Positions 61,375 to 64,000 of a DNA stretch of 64,000 nt are shown here, piece after piece (the stretch's first letter is position 1; each line of letters opens with the position of its first letter). The translations under genes were made by a program, and so were the position numbers. This DNA is from an uncultured delta proteobacterium. Lineage in GTDB: Bacteria > Myxococcota_A > Polyangia > Fen-1088. A model generated the notes under the pieces. The model worked only from the letters and a program-made list of their open reading frames with translations. It made no database searches and was not told where the DNA came from. The stretch spans positions 1,600,001 to 1,664,000 of the forward strand of contig CAVYGB010000002.1 in NCBI GenBank assembly GCA_963767925.1, in the 5' to 3' direction.

Positions 61375-62238
61375 ATGATCGTCGTGTTCGGAGCCACCAG
61401 CCAGGCAGGACCCCATCTCGTGAAGACGCTGCTCGCCGCGGGCCAGCGCGTGCGCGCGGTTGCCCGCGACGTCTCCCGGACCCGCGGGGTGCTGGGCGCG
61501 GGTGTCGAGGTCGTGCCCGGCGACCTCGAGCGTCCCGAGACGCTGGCCCCCGCCCTGGCCGGGGGCCGCCGGGTGTTTGTCGCGGTCGGCGGCGCCAGCG
61601 GCACGCCGGACCTGGTGGCGGCGGAGGGCCGCCTCATCGAGGCCGCCCGCGCCGCCGGCGTCGAGCGCTACGTCCGCCTCTCCGGGATCGACGCCCTGCC
61701 CGACGCGCCCGCCCGCGTGCAGCGGATGCACGGCGAGATCGACCGCCACCTGATCGCCTCTGGCCTGCCCCACACCATCTTGCAGCCCGGCTTCTTCATG
61801 CAGAACTTCCTCGGCCTGGCCGGGGCCATCCGGACCGGCGCCCTGCCGCTGCCCACCGGCGAGGCGAAGGGCTCGATCATCGACGCCCGCGACATCGCCG
61901 AGGTAGCGGCCCGGGTGTTGACCGGGCCCGGCCACCTCGGTCGGCGCTACACCTTGACCGGCCCGGAGGCGCTCAGCCACGCTGAGGTCGCGCGCATCCT
62001 GAGCGATATCCTCGAGCGGGAGGTCCGCTTCGTCGACCTGCCGGCGGCGGCCTTCGCCCAGGGCGGCGTCGAGGGCGGCCTGCCCCGCTGGTTCGCCGAC
62101 CTGCTGGCCGACGTCTACCAGCAGGTGTTCGCCGCCGGAGGCTGCGCCCGCGTGACCGACGACGTCCCCCGGCTCCTGGGCCGCCCGGCCCGCGCCTTCG
62201 CCGCCTTCGCCCGCGAGCACCGGGCACATCTGTCCTGA
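61375..62238 (+). CDS. NmrA-like/atypical SDR NAD(P)H-binding protein
   Basis: IVVFGATSQAG, TILQPGFFMQN, IDARDIA, YTLTGPEALS; GAGGAGG RBS. Confidence 0.9.
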   Translation: MIVVFGATSQAGPHLVKTLLAAGQRVRAVARDVSRTRGVLGAGVEVVPGDLERPETLAPALAGGRRVFVAVGGASGTPDLVAAEGRLIEAARAAGVERYVRLSGIDALPDAPARVQRMHGEIDRHLIASGLPHTILQPGFFMQNFLGLAGAIRTGALPLPTGEAKGSIIDARDIAEVAARVLTGPGHLGRRYTLTGPEALSHAEVARILSDILEREVRFVDLPAAAFAQGGVEGGLPRWFADLLADVYQQVFAAGGCARVTDDVPRLLGRPARAFAAFAREHRAHLS

Positions 62239-62303
62239 CCGGGCAGCTCCGCCTCGACGGAATCGTCCGCCGCCGCGATAATGGCGGCGTGGCGCGCTCT
62301 TCG

Positions 62304-64000
62304 ATGGTGGGACGAAGGTGCTTTCTGGGTGTCGGCTGGTTGCCCTGGGTGCTGCTGGCGTTCGCGCCGGCCCCGGCCGCCGCCGAGCCGCTGCGGGCCG
62401 AGCAGGTCCCGCCCGAGCTCAAGCCCTGGATCCCCTGGGTGCTGCGCGGGCACGAGCGCGCGCTCTGCCCGCGGTTCCCCGGCGACGACAGCCCCCGCTG
62501 CGTCTGGGCCGGCGCGCTCGACCTGGCGCTCGAGGCGGGCGGGGGGCGCTTCCAGCAGACCTGGGAGGTGTACGCCGAGACGTCCGTCCCCCTGCCCGGC
62601 GGCCGCGACCGCTGGCCGCTCGCCGTCCTCGTGGCGGGCCGCCCCGCCACCGTGCTGGAGGAGGGGGGCCAGCCCCGCGTGCGCCTGCCTCCCGGGCGCC
62701 ACAGCGTGAGCGGATCCTTCGGGTGGAAGCGGCTGCCCGAGTCGCTGCCGGTTCCGGCCGAGACCGGCCTGGTGGCGCTCCGCCTCGGCGGCCAGCCGGT
62801 GGCCTTCCCGCGCCGGCAGGACGGCGAGCTGTTCCTCGAGGCGACGACCCGGCCCGAGGCGGCGGCCGATCGCCTCGACCTCACGGTCCACCGCAAGGTG
62901 ACCGACGGCGTGCCGCTGATCCTCGCCACCCGGCTGCAGCTCGCGGTGGCGGGCAAGATGCGCGAGGTGCTGCTGGGGCAGGCCTTGCCGCCCGGCTTCG
63001 TCCCGCACGCCCTGCACAGCCCCCTGCCAGCCCGGCTCGAGTCAGGGGGGCGCCTGCGCCTGCAGCTCCGCCCGGGGTCGTTCACGGTGACGCTCGAGGC
63101 GCGCCAGGAGTCGCCCGCCCGCGCCCTCACCCGGCCGGCGCCCGAAGGGACCTGGACCGAGGGGGACGAGGTCTGGGTCTGGCAGGCGCAGCCGGCGCTG
63201 CGGGTCGTGACGGTGGCGGGCGCGCCCGCGGTCGACCCCCGCCAGACCACCTTGCCGCGCGAGTGGCGGTCCCTGCCGGCCTACCTCATGAAGCCCGGCG
63301 CCACCCTCGCGCTGCAGGAGCGCCGGCGCGGCGACGCCGACCCGGCGCCCGATCAGCTCACGCTCGACCGGCAGCTCTGGCTCGACTTCGACGGCGGCGG
63401 CTACACCGCGCGCGACGCCATCCGCGGGCGGCTGGGGCGCGGCTGGCGGCTGGAGATGGGGCCGGAGAGCCAGCTCGGCCGGGTGGCGGTGGCCGGCACC
63501 GACCAGTTCATCACCCGCCTGGCCGACGGCGGCAAGAGCGGGGTGGAGATCCGCCAGCGCCAGGTGAATCTGGAGGCCGAGAGCCGCCTGGAGGGCGCGC
63601 GCCAGCGCCTGCCCGCGGTGGGCTGGGCCCACGACTTCCAGGCGGCGGCGGCCACCTTGAACCTGCCGCCCGGCTGGCGCCTCATCCACGCCGCGGGCGC
63701 CGACCGGGTCGACCGGAGCTGGATCAAGCGCTGGACGTTGCTCGACCTGTTCCTGGTGCTCGTCGTCGCCATCTCGGTGGCCCGCCTGTTCGGGCGAGGG
63801 CCGGGCTTCCTGGCGCTGCTGATGATGCTGCTCATCGCCCAGGAGCGGGACGCCCCTGCCTGGATCTGGCTGGCGGTGGTGCTGGGCGAGGCGCTGGTGC
63901 GGGCGTTGCCGGCGGGGCAGCTCCGCAAGCTGGCGAAGCTGTACCGGCTGGGCGCGGCGATCGTGCTCATCCTGGTGGCCATCCCCTTCGCGGTCGGGCA
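62304..64000 (+). CDS. Large secreted/membrane hypothetical protein, 3' end outside window
   Basis: Read by eye (not in the ORF track because it has no stop): signal peptide, VPPELKPWIPWVL..C..CVW, WLDFDG.GYT, TM helices after WTLLDLFLVL. Confidence 0.8.
   Translation, partial: MVGRRCFLGVGWLPWVLLAFAPAPAAAEPLRAEQVPPELKPWIPWVLRGHERALCPRFPGDDSPRCVWAGALDLALEAGGGRFQQTWEVYAETSVPLPGGRDRWPLAVLVAGRPATVLEEGGQPRVRLPPGRHSVSGSFGWKRLPESLPVPAETGLVALRLGGQPVAFPRRQDGELFLEATTRPEAAADRLDLTVHRKVTDGVPLILATRLQLAVAGKMREVLLGQALPPGFVPHALHSPLPARLESGGRLRLQLRPGSFTVTLEARQESPARALTRPAPEGTWTEGDEVWVWQAQPALRVVTVAGAPAVDPRQTTLPREWRSLPAYLMKPGATLALQERRRGDADPAPDQLTLDRQLWLDFDGGGYTARDAIRGRLGRGWRLEMGPESQLGRVAVAGTDQFITRLADGGKSGVEIRQRQVNLEAESRLEGARQRLPAVGWAHDFQAAAATLNLPPGWRLIHAAGADRVDRSWIKRWTLLDLFLVLVVAISVARLFGRGPGFLALLMMLLIAQERDAPAWIWLAVVLGEALVRALPAGQLRKLAKLYRLGAAIVLILVAIPFAVG

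Overview
High-GC, myxobacterial-looking (Myxococcota/Polyangia-type) chromosomal segment with about 57 CDS and no rRNA, tRNA, CRISPR array, integrase or transposase that I can see. It carries housekeeping genes (rseP, ligA), many regulators (TetR, WYL, MarR, an ECF sigma factor, two hybrid kinases, a FIST/RsbU/anti-sigma/STAS module, HD-LuxR), many lipoproteins and outer-membrane proteins (including two very Cys-rich ones), a DUF1592/DUF1552 pair, an ABC exporter and a glutamine-synthetase-like amine catabolism operon. The most striking unexplained structure is a dispersed 45-55 bp hairpin repeat (CCCCTCACCC..CCCTCTCCCC-loop-GGGGCGAGGGC(G/A)AAC; 8 full and about 4 partial copies). It mostly occurs as inverted pairs enclosing locus-specific tandem arrays of 16-47 bp units, and two such pairs directly flank a DUF559 endonuclease gene. 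This suggests a REP/RAYT-like repeat-nuclease system. Two genes carry frameshifts inside low-complexity repeats, probably sequencing errors. All product calls come from motif recognition by eye, not from database searches.
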